A DNA stretch of 64,000 bases from Octopus bimaculoides (GCF_001194135.2 NC_068985.1:105321218-105385217); one strand, 5' to 3'. Counted from the first letter of the stretch, positions 1 through 13,338 are shown. Program-made: numbers and translations. Notes: generated by a model not told the origin, from the sequence alone.

Positions 1-63
1 TAATAATTAAAAGCACAATAAATGAATATAATATAATACAAATTAAATATCAGAAGATAAAGA

Positions 64-94
<31 letters not shown>

Positions 95-550
95 TTATAC
101 ATACATGCATACATACGTACATATACATACATATATACGTACACAATTACATATATACATATACATACATACACACACACATACACGTACACACTCACAC
201 ACACACACACACATACACACACACTCACACACACACACNNNNNNNNNNTGAATACAGACATTTCGAATTATACAGTAACTTAATGGATTCATGACAGTAA
301 CTTGTGTTTCATGCTTAGGCGAAAGATCTTACCTGATTTGGGATAAAACAAGGTTTGACCACGTTCTTAAATAGTCAGTATCCCTTGTGGAAAATAAAGA
401 ATTTATTCTTAAATAGTCAGGATGTGCCAAAAAGAGAATGATGGTATTTGATATTTTATATTTGAACCGAAAACCATGAACTGCCAGGACTTGTTTCACG
501 TAGCCGTTCATTAGAAGGCAAGAGAGTAAACTGAGTATTAGCAAGCAAAT

Positions 551-924
551 TTATTATTTCCGCCTTAGTGAAGGCGGAGGTATTGTTTCAGTTGTGCTTG
601 TTTGTTTGTTTGTCCGTGGACAAGATATTTCAAGAACCGCTGGATGGATTCGCATGAAACTTTCTGGGATGTTTGACCTCGTGACTGGCACGAACTGATT
701 AGATTTTGGGATCGATCCACTACTGGACAACGATTCTGGATTATTTTTCCGTTTTTTTTTTTACATAATTTTTGAGGGCGGTCGGGTTCATTTTAAGTAT
801 TCTCGTTTGTGAGAACAGTCGAGTTTATTTCGATATTCTCATTTTAAAAATCACTCTGGCTAATCGTTGAGAAGACGTTGGTGTCGCCTTGGCGGAGGTT
901 TGCGCTCTCTGAGTGCTTTTGTTT
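551..924 (+). mobile_element. Non-autonomous Helentron-associated (HINE/DINE-1-like) element
   Basis: 5' hairpin CCGCCT-tagtga-AGGCGG (560-577), then a (GTTT)n microsatellite (598-612). GGCGGAGG recurs near the 3' end (891-898), followed by a terminal stem-loop GCGCTC-tct-GAGTGC (902-916). T-rich flanks. This layout matches HINE-type elements. Confidence 0.7.
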
Positions 925-1847
925 ATTCATGTATTTGGATTTGAACAAATTAGATACTACTGAGTGCTGTTAGTTATTGGAGTAAGTGTTAAACCACGCT
1001 GCTATAAAAAGATGAAAATGAACAGTGTCAGTTTTGCATTATTCATGTTAATAAAATGAATGAAAGATGACTTATGAAAATTAAAATAAAAGCGAAGATG
1101 AGAAACTCAGCTAACTACAGTGTAAAAAAAAAAACATAAGTGGCACACTTCCATATATAAATCATCTGTAAGTGTATGTTACTGGTGAAACTAATAGATA
1201 TGAATTATTACAAACTACGCATAGTTGGTAAAACATATCTAAAAATATCTACTGGCTTCATTTTCAATAGCTCAAGTAGTCGATGTAAAATTTATCTGTA
1301 AGAAACATTAGAGTTTTACGAAGTTTGAGGAGGAGATATTAGCAAGACAGCTTTTTGAAGCATACATCCCTGCTCCTTGTGTTGATTCACCTAAGATGAA
1401 ACCATCTCAGAACTGCAACACTTCAGAGGGTTACGATTATTTTCTACGTATTGATAACAACCTTCAAAGCAAGACTGCTGACATACTTAAAAGTAAACAA
1501 CTATGTGAATAAAATGCCAGAAAATTCTTTTGTGGGCTTCGTCGAAAGATGTAGCAGCAGGTTAATGAACGCAAAAGATGATTTGCACTAGAATTTTGTA
1601 CTGAAGATGCTAGCAGTTGTTATATGAAACTTCCTCTTAACATCATAACATATTTGTGTGCTTGATAGATACATTAAATTGAAAATGTTTACAGTACGAA
1701 TACTTTCCTGCAGGGAATACAATTTCATTTAGATTTCATTAATTATTTCATTCACTTTTTCATAATCAACAGTTTGCCATCTTTTCGCTTTAACTCGTTA
1801 ATATTTAACAAAATCGAAGCAGTCACTCACTGTCACGAAGTTTTCGC

Positions 1848-1911
<64 letters not shown>

Positions 1912-2025
1912 NNNNNNNNNNNNNNNNNNNNNNNNNNNNNNNNNNNNNNNNNNNNNNNNNNNNNNNNNNNNNNNNNNNNNNNNNNNNNNNNNNNNNNNNN
2001 NNNNNNNNNNNNNNNNNNNNNNNNN

Positions 2026-2065
<40 letters not shown>

Positions 2066-3211
2066 CACACATATATGCACATGTAAAATTTACATACATA
2101 CATATGAGTGGATGAACAAATAAAGAAATTTGCACCCAAAATATTTAGAGTTGTATGCATTCAACTTTATAATATATTATAGCAATTGACTGATGTAACA
2201 TAATAGCAGCTGTCTTAGCCCCACATTACTTAAAGTTTCCTTGGTTTAGGCCGCGTCGATATCCTCAGATGCATGGAGCAAGACTCTGACATTTGAAGAT
2301 GTGAACGCGTCCTTATTCATTGCTATTTATGAGTTTACATATCCTGGTGCTATACTCTATGAATATTTAAGATACCAGTTACTTTTGAGTTCGGTCTTAG
2401 ACATAAAAAGCAGTGGTGTTCCTTTTATTTTTATTTTACTTCAAATTCACTACGAGGGAAACAGCCAGTAATTCAGTCCTTAGATGATTACTTCTCCTTA
2501 TACATTCGACATCAATTGTTTATATATTCACGGCATAAAATGTCAATGGCATCTTATACTGTTGACATCTCTTGCCATCTGTGAGTTTGTCTTACTTTCA
2601 AGTCAAATATATGGCAGACTGTCATTCTTATTTCAAATTCTAGTTGAAAATGTAGTAATTTCTGCAAGAAGCCAAGGGTACTAGAATAATACAATTCTGT
2701 TAAACGATATCACATTCCCAATCATTTGGATTAGTAATATCTTTCAGTGAATTCTTTAAGTTTATTACTAACGTGTGTATGTATGCTTATATATATATAT
2801 ATATATATGAATAATGTGGGAAAACGAATTTCCAAATCTATCAAGCACACACTCTCCAGCATTACATGCATTTCAATATAGAGAATACACACCGTGCATT
2901 CCACATCAGAATATCGTGCAGTGTGGTGGTGATTATAATATATTTATATATATATATCTATCTTTATAGAAATATACAAAATATATAATAAGGAAAATTA
3001 ATAATAGAAACGCTTTTGGGATTTCAATCAATAGATTTGTGGGTATTCCATTTCAGATAATGCAAAAAAGAATATAGCGAGTATCTATGATGGAAAATTC
3101 GTGGTATTTATATGCACATCAATAAATAATACTTGAGGATAAAACCAGTACAATAGCAGGGTATAAAATACACTACTTTAATTAGACCTTACGTAAGTTA
3201 AAATGATAATT

Positions 3212-3306
3212 AGAAAGGAACTACACGTGTTTCTGTATTAGAAGATCAGAATATATGCAATGATCATATTTATAATCCTACCAACACATCTTCAGGTTCA
3301 TTTTTC
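3212..3306 (-). ncRNA. Type I hammerhead ribozyme motif in the Penelope 3' repeat
   Basis: Minus strand: stem I GAAC / CUGAAGA core / stem II UGUGUUGGUAGG..UCUUCUAAUACA / GAAAC-ACGU-GUA cleavage triplet / GUUC. Stem III is the palindrome ACACGUGU. Confidence 0.75.
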
Positions 3307-3855
3307 ATAATATTGTCCGGCTATTTTAAATCATCATGAAAATTAAGCGTTAAATTAAAAATTGTTTAAATAAACTTTACAAAATTAAGAATTAAAATAT
3401 TAAAAATTAAAAATCATAAATTATAAATATATATTGGCATACATATAACGAACTTTGAATGTCAAATATAGAATGTCCAATATAAAATTATAAATCAGAA
3501 TGAAGAAGTCTGTGATTAAATGTAAAAATAAAGATACATATCCAGTTGTGATAGGGTCAAGATGTCATTCAAAATGGCGATTAGAGGAGGTGAATATAGC
3601 AGAGCACTTTGGGAATTTATAGGTAAATAGTTCTAAAGGGGGCAATTCCACTATGCATAATATAAATTAAATTAATCTACTTCTATTATTATATTCTATC
3701 CAACTATTTTGAGGGATGTATATAATTTATTATTATGTAATATTTCATAATATTTAATTAATTAATTTATTTAATTATTTATATAATCTATTCTAGTACT
3801 GTAGAAATCAAAAGTGTGTGGTGATGAGAATCAAGGCGTGGGGCGGTTCAGGATT

Positions 3856-4175
3856 TCATTTTATTGAAAGTAAAATTATTAGGTGTCTACATTTCACTTT
3901 GCTTTCTTCGTATGTGTTTAGTATTTGGTCTCTAGACTGTAGTAGTTTCATAAATTCTGTTATACATAATAAGCACATTTTATTCCCAATATTATAAGAG
4001 TGGGCTCTACCTAATATACTCCAACTAAGGGTGTACTCACTTTTCTAGATTTCAATTCCCATATATATTTACTTAAACCTGTGGACTTACTTAAATTTGG
4101 ATTTTTGAAAGTCTGGTAGTGTTGGAATATTCTTTTTTTAATTTCATTAGTTGTAGATCCTATATATACCTTATA

Positions 4176-4220
<45 letters not shown>

Positions 4221-4330
4221 GAAATTACTATACATTTATAAATTACATTGTTAATATCACAATTATTAGAGAGCTTACGTTTAGTCTTATTACGACATGA
4301 ACATTTATCTATATGTGGATTATGACTTCC
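3856..4330 (-). pseudogene. Penelope GIY-YIG endonuclease domain (frameshifted)
   Basis: VIY...YIG motifs, upstream CxC-rich linker, LSKYIWELK and CLLC motifs read directly from the sequence. Confidence 0.85.
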
Positions 4331-4334
4331 ATTA

Positions 4335-4620
4335 TTTCATTTCAGATATGCTCTTGGAATGACATTACTAACATGGATTTTCCATAGCCGTTTGGATCGC
4401 ACTCAACTGATGTTCTTCCCTCTTCGTAATAGCCTACGTTACATTTGTGTATAAGAGCGCAGGTAGGACGACATTATTGAAGAATCTAGCACGTGTGGTC
4501 TTGTCCTATTTGTTTTAAGCATCTCCATTGTTGAAATAAACGCTATCCATCTTGCCTCTAACCTCTTCGAAATTTCAACATCCATGTCTAGAAACGGTGC
4601 CATTGTATTGCTTGATTGCT
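4335..4620 (-). mobile_element. Degraded RTE-clade LINE fragment (post-RT region)
   Basis: Minus-strand reads DMDVEISKRLEARWIAF..., FNNVVLPALLY..T*AITKREEHQLSAIQTAME and ..QEHI*NEII, resembling the RTE C-terminal region. Confidence 0.55.
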
Positions 4621-5866
4621 TAGAGTTTTATTAGTATTGTTTAAGATGTTTGATTTTGACTATTATTAAGCTCTTTTCTTATTAAGTTCTTTTCTTGACG
4701 GCTTCCAATGAACCCATTACGCTTTTCGATAATAGAGGCGTTGCAATATTATCTTGTTTGTATCTCTTCCAATAAGTCTAATATTGCTAAAACAAACTCA
4801 TAGTTTTAAGCAGATAAAGCATTTTCCAATCAAGCTACGACACAGAAAGCCCTTTACATAAATAACCTAAAACTGTGTGACATTTGTGGCAACAATATGA
4901 AAAAATTAACATTTAAGCTAAAATTAAATTGACGTTAATTTGTCACGTAGCGCTAAAGGAAATGTATTTGAAGTAGAAATCATTTCCATTAAATCAGTTC
5001 TCAATAGCATACATAAATACAACGTAGGTACGGCGGTGGGTACTTAAGAAAGAAAAATATGACAGAGCTTTCCGATTACGTATGCAGTTTGAAATAAGAT
5101 GCTACTGATTTTAAATTCAAGTACATGTTAGCATCAAAAGTTTAAGAGATGCTAATAATTCAGAAGCAGTGCGAAAAGTTACGGGTTGAGCTTAGGTGCA
5201 AAGAATTCAACCATTATACAAGGCAATTCTATACTGGAATATCTTGATAAATTTGCACACTAAATCCCAGGTTATAATTTTAAACATCGCTCCTTCTGTA
5301 CACCCTGAAACATTGGAAGATCATAGCACGACCGGAGTAAAAGTGCCAATAGATAATTATTTACAAGGAACAGCCACATAATATCTCGCGATTACCCTTA
5401 TTAATTTTAACAGATGCTCCCAAATAACACTTTTAAAATCTTTTCGACCCTTTACCTTTCCGTATTCATTTCTGTATAGTGAAGGAATGAATGAATAATT
5501 AACTGTCCGTAAAATGTGGAGGAAATAAAGTCCCACGGCACGGAGCAGCGTTGAACAGAAGATATTTATGTAGGTCTGATTTAAAACGTTCGAGCACATC
5601 AGCAAATGCACCGCATGGTGTTTTAATAAGAATAAATTTTTTCTCATTGGGCTGTCAACGACAGATTTGGTGTTTGTAGCGGAAGATTTGCAAAAATACA
5701 GAAACACATACATCTTACGAGTCAATGACAACGTTCACTGCCCAATATGTGTTTTCATATATGTTGTCTTGGGGTATTTTTCCTCGTGAATATTTCTGTA
5801 GCGGAAAGTTTTCTCACCTCCGAATATACTTAAAAGTGTTACACATGACTTTACATGAATATGTGT

Positions 5867-5924
<58 letters not shown>

Positions 5925-6665
5925 ACGCGTGCGTGTGCGTGTGTATAACTAGAACAAGAACGGTGAAAATCACATCTTTAACTGGTGATTACACTTTACA
6001 TTATCGACGATCATTTCTGTTGTGCCAGCATATTTAGAAAAAGGAAAATGGTATAAAATACTGATTGAATTAATATATCCGAAAATATATGTTATCAGAA
6101 CGTTACGAGGCGATCCAAAATGGGCCAAATTCGAAGTGAAATGAGAAAATCTTATATCATAAAAGACAAGCAGATCTCCGTATCTCTGTCCATCAAAACA
6201 GCTAGAAAGGGAGGGAAAGAAGGGGAGGAATCAAGATATACGTCACAATGTATTTTTAAAGGGGAGGAGAAAAGGTTGTTGAGAGAGAGTGTGTGTGAGA
6301 GAGAGAGAGAAAGAGAGAGAAAGAGAAAGTATGTGCCTGTGCACGCACGCGCGCGCGTTTGTTTGTGTGTATGTGTGTGTGTGTGTGTTTCTGTGTCTTT
6401 TAACACATTAGAAAACGCAATACAGATTTTAAAAACTACTTTCACTTCGAATACAAGAAGAGTAGAGAAAGTTGTTGTTGAGATAGAGATAGAGAGTGAG
6501 TGAGTGTATTTATGTGTGTATAGATAGATAGATAGGTAGGTAGGTAGGTAGGTACTGTTGTCACCATAGTAACTAACAAATCTTGATTAAAGACGCGGAA
6601 ATTTTAAGTGCAAGGCAATACGAAGGAACACAAACTTCAAAATAATGAGTATATGTGTGTATATA

Positions 6666-6710
<45 letters not shown>

Positions 6711-6849
6711 TGTATAATCGTCTTATTTACTTATATTCTGTTACTAGTGTTCACCAAAAAAGTCAATCGATGCACTATTTATACAATTTATGAAGGTACA
6801 TGCATGATTTAGAAATATTTTTATCAAGCAGCGTAGTAACGGGTTTGAA

Positions 6850-7441
6850 CTAGTATCTCTAATAGACGAAGGCATACAAAACATACCTTAAGAGAAAATA
6901 TAATATTCAAAGAAAAGCCAATTTAGTATTTAACTTTTTATGCCTGATAGACCTAATTATTTCAACATTACTATGGGGTCCAGAGACTCCGCTCAAGTAA
7001 CTGATTTTGTGGGCATTTACATTCTTAATTATATACATAGTGAATTTCCTGAATTAGGGGTAGATTATATAGGGATGACGCTGTTTTCACTATCTATACG
7101 TCTAGTAAGGTATTTTGAGGCTTTCAGCAATTAAGAGTGTATTGGCACAAAATGAAAATTACTGTAACCATGCGTTATCTGAAGCTGGGTGTAAGGACAA
7201 AATTTATGATATCTACAATCAAAATACTAATAAAATTCCCGGTAATGATAGGATATTTAATATGGAGAAAATTGATAGCAAGTCTAATAAAAAATACATC
7301 AAGTAATCTTAGCTAAGTAAGCTAAGTAATAGCAAGAATAATGATTCAAATAGAATCGGTAAAAAAACGAAGTATTGAAAATAAATATATTGATATTAAC
7401 AAGCATAGATTCAACTCTGTAGATACTAAATATATGGTTGG

Positions 7442-7509
<68 letters not shown>

Positions 7510-7860
7510 GTAATAATAATGTCTATAAGTATGTATAACTTTAAGTATAAACATTACGTCAAGAGAACATCTAATGTTGTTAATGTTAATATTAAAGAAA
7601 ACGTATGCATAAGTACTAGGAGGAGTAATTTAAGGAATATTATCTGGTTTAATACACCATTCGCATCTCATATAAGTACTAATATTCCTAGGAAATTGTT
7701 TGCTGCGCTGGGTATATATAAATATGTTTCCCACCTTCAAGTAAATATGGAAAATTATTTCTTCGCCGTAAAGTAAAATTTTCCCATTCAACCACCAGAA
7801 ATTTGACTGAAATTACAGTAGCACACAACAAAAGTAAAATTAGACAGTATGTTTTCTCAA
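6850..7860 (+). mobile_element. Degraded Penelope-like reverse transcriptase fragment
   Basis: FNITMGSRDSAQVTDFVGIYIL, frameshifted GLYRDD (YxDD) at ~7060-7080, NHALSEAG.KDKIY, RNIIWFNTPF and KLFLRRKVKFSHS..NL..I..AHNK are all Penelope RT/thumb motifs. (TAA)n inserted at 7443-7508. Confidence 0.8.
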
Positions 7861-8399
7861 AATTGGCAAACACGAGTAGAACCAACGGTGTGAATTGTGA
7901 AATTTTCCTGAACTATATTTTGATGCTTTAGGTAAAAGAAATTCCGGTTGTGAAATTGATAGTAGCTTTGAGATAGCACTATATTGATTATAATACTGCT
8001 AATAATCCTACCTTAACACTACTTCTGAGAGGAGAATTAGTACTAGATCCTTTAACCATGAGTATCACATACTAGTGAATAAATGCCTTTGTAATTTCAC
8101 GAATTGTCGTGACATAGAGTTGCTGTTTCTAAATGTCGTGACGTAGAATTTCTGTTTATTTCTTATTCTTTATCTATGACGTCATAAAAGGTTAAATGTT
8201 AAAATTGTCTGGCATTTTATTTGATCAATTCCTGGAAAGGAATGACAAGCAAAGTTGAGACCTACGAGAGATTTGAACTCAGAACTTTAAAAAATTACTT
8301 GGATGGAATAAATGTCATTATATACTCATAGCTGGAACGTTTTTGATTTGAGGGCTGCTGGACAAGGAGCTGGCCTTGGACTAAGCACACTTACCATCA

Positions 8400-8543
8400 A
8401 AAACAACACCACCACCACCACCACACCAGCAGCGTCACCACCACCGTCACCACCACCGTCACCATCATCACCATCTCCACTACTACTACCACCCGCATTA
8501 CCAGCACCAGCGCTACCACCACACTACTGTTGCCACAACACGA

Positions 8544-8599
<56 letters not shown>

Positions 8600-8640
8600 A
8601 CCGCCACCACCACCGCAATCGTCGCCGCCGCCAATATCAA
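8400..8640. repeat. Compound trinucleotide tract (ACC)n/(GAC)n
   Basis: Direct reading. Confidence 0.9.
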
Positions 8641-8935
8641 AGCACTCGTTATTTATGTAGTGTTCTTTTTCTGAAGCAACGCCTGCATATATATATGAGC
8701 TGTAATCTATTTTACTGGTAGTAGAGTCTTAAAAGTTACGTTGAGCAAGCAACATGAATTAAGCAATATGCGTTAAGTACTTCGGCTACAAATTGGCGCT
8801 GTGAAATATAATGAAGCATTTAGATACGAGCCTTTTTCTATCCCTGTCTATGTAGCCGTAGAGTCCGATTCGCCTATCGACCAGAAAAGATCGACAACGT
8901 GTTACATTTCTAAGAAACCAATTAATATGTTTGCT

Positions 8936-9150
8936 GCCGGAGCTGGCAGAATCGATAGCACGCCGGGTGAAATGCTTAGCGGCGTTTTCGTCTGTCTTTA
9001 CGTTCTGCGTTCAAATTCCGCCGAGGTCGATTTTGCCTTTCATCCTTTTAGTATCGATAAAATAAGTACAGCTGAGTAACTGAGGTCAATGTAATCGACT
9101 TACCCCTGCCCCCGGACTTGCTGGCCTTGTGCCAAAATTTGAAATCAATG
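8936..9150 (+). mobile_element. tRNA-derived SINE, family A (near full length)
   Basis: A-box-like TGGCAGAATCG, B-box-like GTTCAAATTCC, central GCCTTTCATCCTTT..TCGATAAAATAAGTAC, tail GCTGGCCTTGTGCCAAAATTTGAAATCAAT. More than 10 homologues in the window. Confidence 0.85.
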
Positions 9151-9370
9151 TGNNNNNNNNNNNNNNNNNNNNNNNNNNNNNNNNNNNNNNNNNNNNNNNN
9201 NNNNNNNNNNNNNNNNNNNNNNNNNNNNNNNNNNNNNNNNNNNNNNNNNNNNNNNNNNNNNNNNNNNNNNNNNNNNNNNNNNNNNNNNNNNNNNNNNNNN
9301 NNNNNNNNNNNNNNNNNNNNNNNNNNNNNNNNNNNNNNNNNNNNNNNNNNNNNNNNNNNNNNNNNNNNNN

Positions 9371-9491
9371 TACCACCACAACCACCACCACAACAACCAC
9401 CACCGCCAGCACCACCACCAGCACCACCACTACCACCACCACCACCACCACCACCACCACAACCACTACTACTACAACAACAACAACAACA

Positions 9492-9539
<48 letters not shown>

Positions 9540-9733
9540 GTTTGTCTCAGTAAAGGTTGTAGTATTCGTCGTAGTATGTAGCTGCAGTCGTTGTTGGTGG
9601 TGTAGCATCATCATCATCAACAGCAGCAGTAGTAGAAGTAACAGCAGTAGCAGCAACAGGTACCGCGACAGCAACAGCAGCAGCAGCAACAGCAATAACA
9701 AAAGTAGTAGCATTAGCAGTATTAGTAGTAACA

Positions 9734-9769
<36 letters not shown>

Positions 9770-9771
9770 GT

Positions 9772-9827
<56 letters not shown>

Positions 9828-9843
9828 CAGTAGCAGCAGCAGC

Positions 9844-9880
<37 letters not shown>

Positions 9881-10110
9881 AGCGTTGTTGTAGTGGTTTG
9901 CCAAGCCTTTGCAATAACAGCAACAGCAGCAGCTGCAGCAACAGGAGATGAAATAGTAGCTAGAAAACTGACAACAGCAGCAGCAGCAGCGGCGGCGGCA
10001 CCGGTGGCACCAGCGGCAGAAGCAGCATTAGCTGCAACCAATGCAGTAGCCAGCGCATCTGCAATATCAGCAGCAGGATAATCCGCAGCAGCAGCAGCAG
10101 CACTAGTAGC
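9371..10110. repeat. Mosaic trinucleotide region (ACC/ACT/AAC then AGT/AGC/GCG)
   Basis: Direct reading; explains the poly-L/S/T/A ORFs in the track. Confidence 0.9.
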
Positions 10111-10504
10111 GGCGTTTCAAGTGTTGATGTCATTGAGTAGAAACAATCGTTGATGGTCATTTAAAACTACCTCAAGTCGATAACGAAACAAAGTCACCTT
10201 GACTAGAACGGGGAACCACTATCCTCTCCTACTTCAAGAACAAAAAAAGCCTTCTACCGTCCACACACACACACACACGCTTTATAGAGGTCATACTATC
10301 CAACCAGTCACCCGTCTACCCAGACCACGCAACTAGTCAGCCAGACTTTCAAACTGTCAGTCAGCTACCCAAATATAAATGAAAAAAAAAATACGAAAAT
10401 TGTTTTATTATATTAAAACATGAATTGGTTTGGGGTCGATATTCGTTTTTCATTTTTCCAAATTGGTTTTGTCTTTTATTACTTATTATTATTATTATTA
10501 TTAC

Positions 10505-10562
<58 letters not shown>

Positions 10563-11283
10563 TTGGTTCTGTCTGTGTGGCATTTTATGCTGTCTGAGGA
10601 CGTTAGTACTTGTAATTTACAAGACAGGTTTTAGAAACATTGGTATAGGTAGATTTATTATAAAAATTCTGGGTAAAGCTGATCGAATAGATGACAAATT
10701 TGAAGTGAAATGAAAGTAAAATGAAAGTAAAATGAAAACCGAAACTGAAACGAAAACGTTTCTGCACGTAAATAGCACACCCCGCCCAATGCAACGAACA
10801 AAAAACAAATTGATTGAAAAAGGACGTAAGGAGTAATATTAGAGAATTATTTTTTAAATTTTAAATGTAATAAAACTGTTATTGGAAAGAGAGATAGAGA
10901 AAAGTGGAGACAGGGAGAAAGGAAATGTTTTAAAATATGAGGAAATGTGAATTCTGTTGAGTCGTGATCTATCCAGGTAGGTAAGAATGAGTGGGCGTAG
11001 AATAGATAATGTTAAGAGTGTAGAGAAATAAGGTTGCCTTTTGATGAATATACATACACATCGATACATGATACCTGATCGATTGATAGATTGATTGACC
11101 AACTGAAATGAATTTATTTATTGATAATGGACGCGAAATTAAACAAGTGAAGGATAAATGTAAGGACGAGAAAGAGAAATGTATATATATATATATATAT
11201 ATATAAATATATATATGTATGTATGTATGTATGTATATACATATATATGTATGTATATACATATATGTATATGTATACATATA

Positions 11284-11317
<34 letters not shown>

Positions 11318-11480
11318 CATGTATATATATATNNNNNNNNNNNNNNNNNNNNNNNNNNNNNNNNNNNNNNNNNNNNNNNNNNNNNNNNNNNNNNNNNNNN
11401 NNNNNNNNNNNNNNNNNNNNNNNNNNNNNNNNNNNNNNNNNNNNNNNNNNNNNNNNNNNNNNNNNNNNNNNNNNNNNNNN

Positions 11481-11481
11481 N

Positions 11482-11553
<72 letters not shown>

Positions 11554-11780
11554 AGACATGGAGATACTCTGTGTGTGAGAGAGAGAAGAGGGAGGGAGAA
11601 AGAGAATGAGAAACAAAGATAAAAAGCAGTAGAAGTATTCATTAAGAGGAGATCGTGTAAAAAGCGTGAGAATGATAAAGTGATCAGTGATGAGAGACGG
11701 GAAAGAGAGAAAAAAAAATAAAAAGGATGGAAATTCAATGCGACAAATATTAGATCAGATAGAAATAGAAATGGAAGATT

Positions 11781-11856
<76 letters not shown>
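11481..11856. repeat. (GATA)n and (GA)n microsatellites
   Basis: Direct reading (11481-11551, 11784-11856). Confidence 0.95.
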
Positions 11857-11859
<3 letters not shown>

Positions 11860-12277
11860 GAAAGTGAAAGTAGAGTATGAGATAGAGAGAAAAAAATTCA
11901 AGAGGAAGAGAAAACGAGAGAAGCAGAGAGGCTTCGTGGGGAGGAGTGGCAGATGTGATAGAGAATACAGAATAACAACAGGTAATCATTCGAATACGAG
12001 CATTAATGTTTAGGATGTAAAAACAAGGGATATATATATATATATGTACGTATGTATCTACACACACACACACATACGTATAAATATATACAGAGAGACA
12101 CAGAAAGAGACGTACCATTCATACATTTATATACATACATATATATGTATATGTGTGAATGTGTATGTAATAAATTATATATATTTGTCAATAAATTATA
12201 CACTTTGTATTATGCACCTGTGTTTGTGTCTGTCAAAATGTGCATAGGTGTAGGCTTGTGCTTGCATATACACCTGC

Positions 12278-12340
<63 letters not shown>

Positions 12341-12539
12341 GCGTACAAGCATATATGCACACGTGCGCAAATCTATACATATACGCACACACACATGTAC
12401 ATGCATGCTCACATTCAGGCACACGTATTTGTGTGAGGGTGTGTGGTGGGTGTGTTGAAGCATAAACTGTCTGCGCAACGTCTCTTAAGGTCAACGTAAA
12501 CTTGACATAAGACCGATGTATGTAAATGTTTCGTATAGT

Positions 12540-12960
12540 GCGTTGCACGATCATGATGTTTACGACAACGACGACGACGACAATTATGACGATGATGATG
12601 ATAATGGTGATAGTGGTGTTTATGATAGTAGTAGTAGTAGTAGTGGTAGTAGTAGTAGTAGTAGTGATGAAACTAATGTCGATGGTATGTTGGGTTCGGT
12701 GGCAGGAGTGGTTGTTAATGGTGGTTGTTACATGAAGGTAAAGAGAGGGTAGTTTGTGAAGGCAATGATGCAGTTTGGTTGTGGTTGTGATTGTGAACAC
12801 AGTGTTCTTTCAGTCTTCTCCGGTGGTGGTTGTAGTTGTGGTATTAGCAGTGGTAGCAGTGGTGGTGGTGGTGGTGGTGGTTGTAGTTGTGGCGCTTGCG
12901 GTTGTAGTAGTGGTGGTGGCGGCGGTGGTGGTGTTACCGCTGTTAACGGTAAATTGTAGA
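12540..12960. repeat. Mosaic trinucleotide region (GAC/GAT/GTA/GGT)
   Basis: Direct reading. Confidence 0.85.
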
Positions 12961-13338
12961 AGAGAGNNNNNNNNNNNNNNNNNNNNNNNNNNNNNNNNNN
13001 NNNNNNNNNNNNNNNNNNNNNNNNNNNNNNNNNNNNNNNNNNNNNNNNNNNNNNNNNNNNNNNNNNNNNNNNNNNNNNNNNNNNNNNNNNNNNNNNNNNN
13101 NNNNNNNNNNNNNNNNNNNNNNNNNNNNNNNNNNNNNNNNNNNNNNNNNNNNNNNNNNNNNNNNNNNNNNNNNNNNNNNNNNNNNNNNNNNNNNNNNNNN
13201 NNNNNNNNNNNNNNNNNNNNNNNNNNNNNNNNNNNNNNNNNNNNNNNNNNNNNNNNNNNNNNNNNNNNNNNNNNNNNNNNNNNNNNNNNNNNNNNNNNNN
13301 NNNNNNNNNNNNNNNNNNNNNNNNNNNNNNNNNNNNNN

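Larger units (their letters stand above)
2810..4335 (-). mobile_element. 5'-truncated Penelope-like element (GIY-YIG endonuclease end plus 3' repeat), ending at a (TA)n tract
   Basis: Minus-strand translation: KCSCRNKTKRKLSNNCDINNVIYKCIVIS-(N)13 / YKVYIGSTTNEIKKRIFQHYQTFKNPNLSKSTGLSKYIWELK / EYTLSWSILGRAHSYNIGNKMCLLCITEFMKLL...KCRHL, with a stop at 3856. This is the typical Penelope GIY-YIG C-terminus, with 2 frameshifts. A hammerhead motif lies in the downstream non-coding part. Confidence 0.88.

Noticed and set aside
329-544. Minus-strand exon-like segment with a strong donor
   Set aside because: It contains an internal 15-bp duplication and encodes no recognisable protein; at best non-coding
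1300-1640. Open-looking plus-strand stretch (SFTKFEEEILARQLF...)
   Set aside because: No recognisable family motif and interrupted by stops
5357-5731. 124-aa minus-strand ORF with a GPCR-TM7-like look
   Set aside because: The resemblance is limited to a few residues, with no supporting splice structure or other TM motifs
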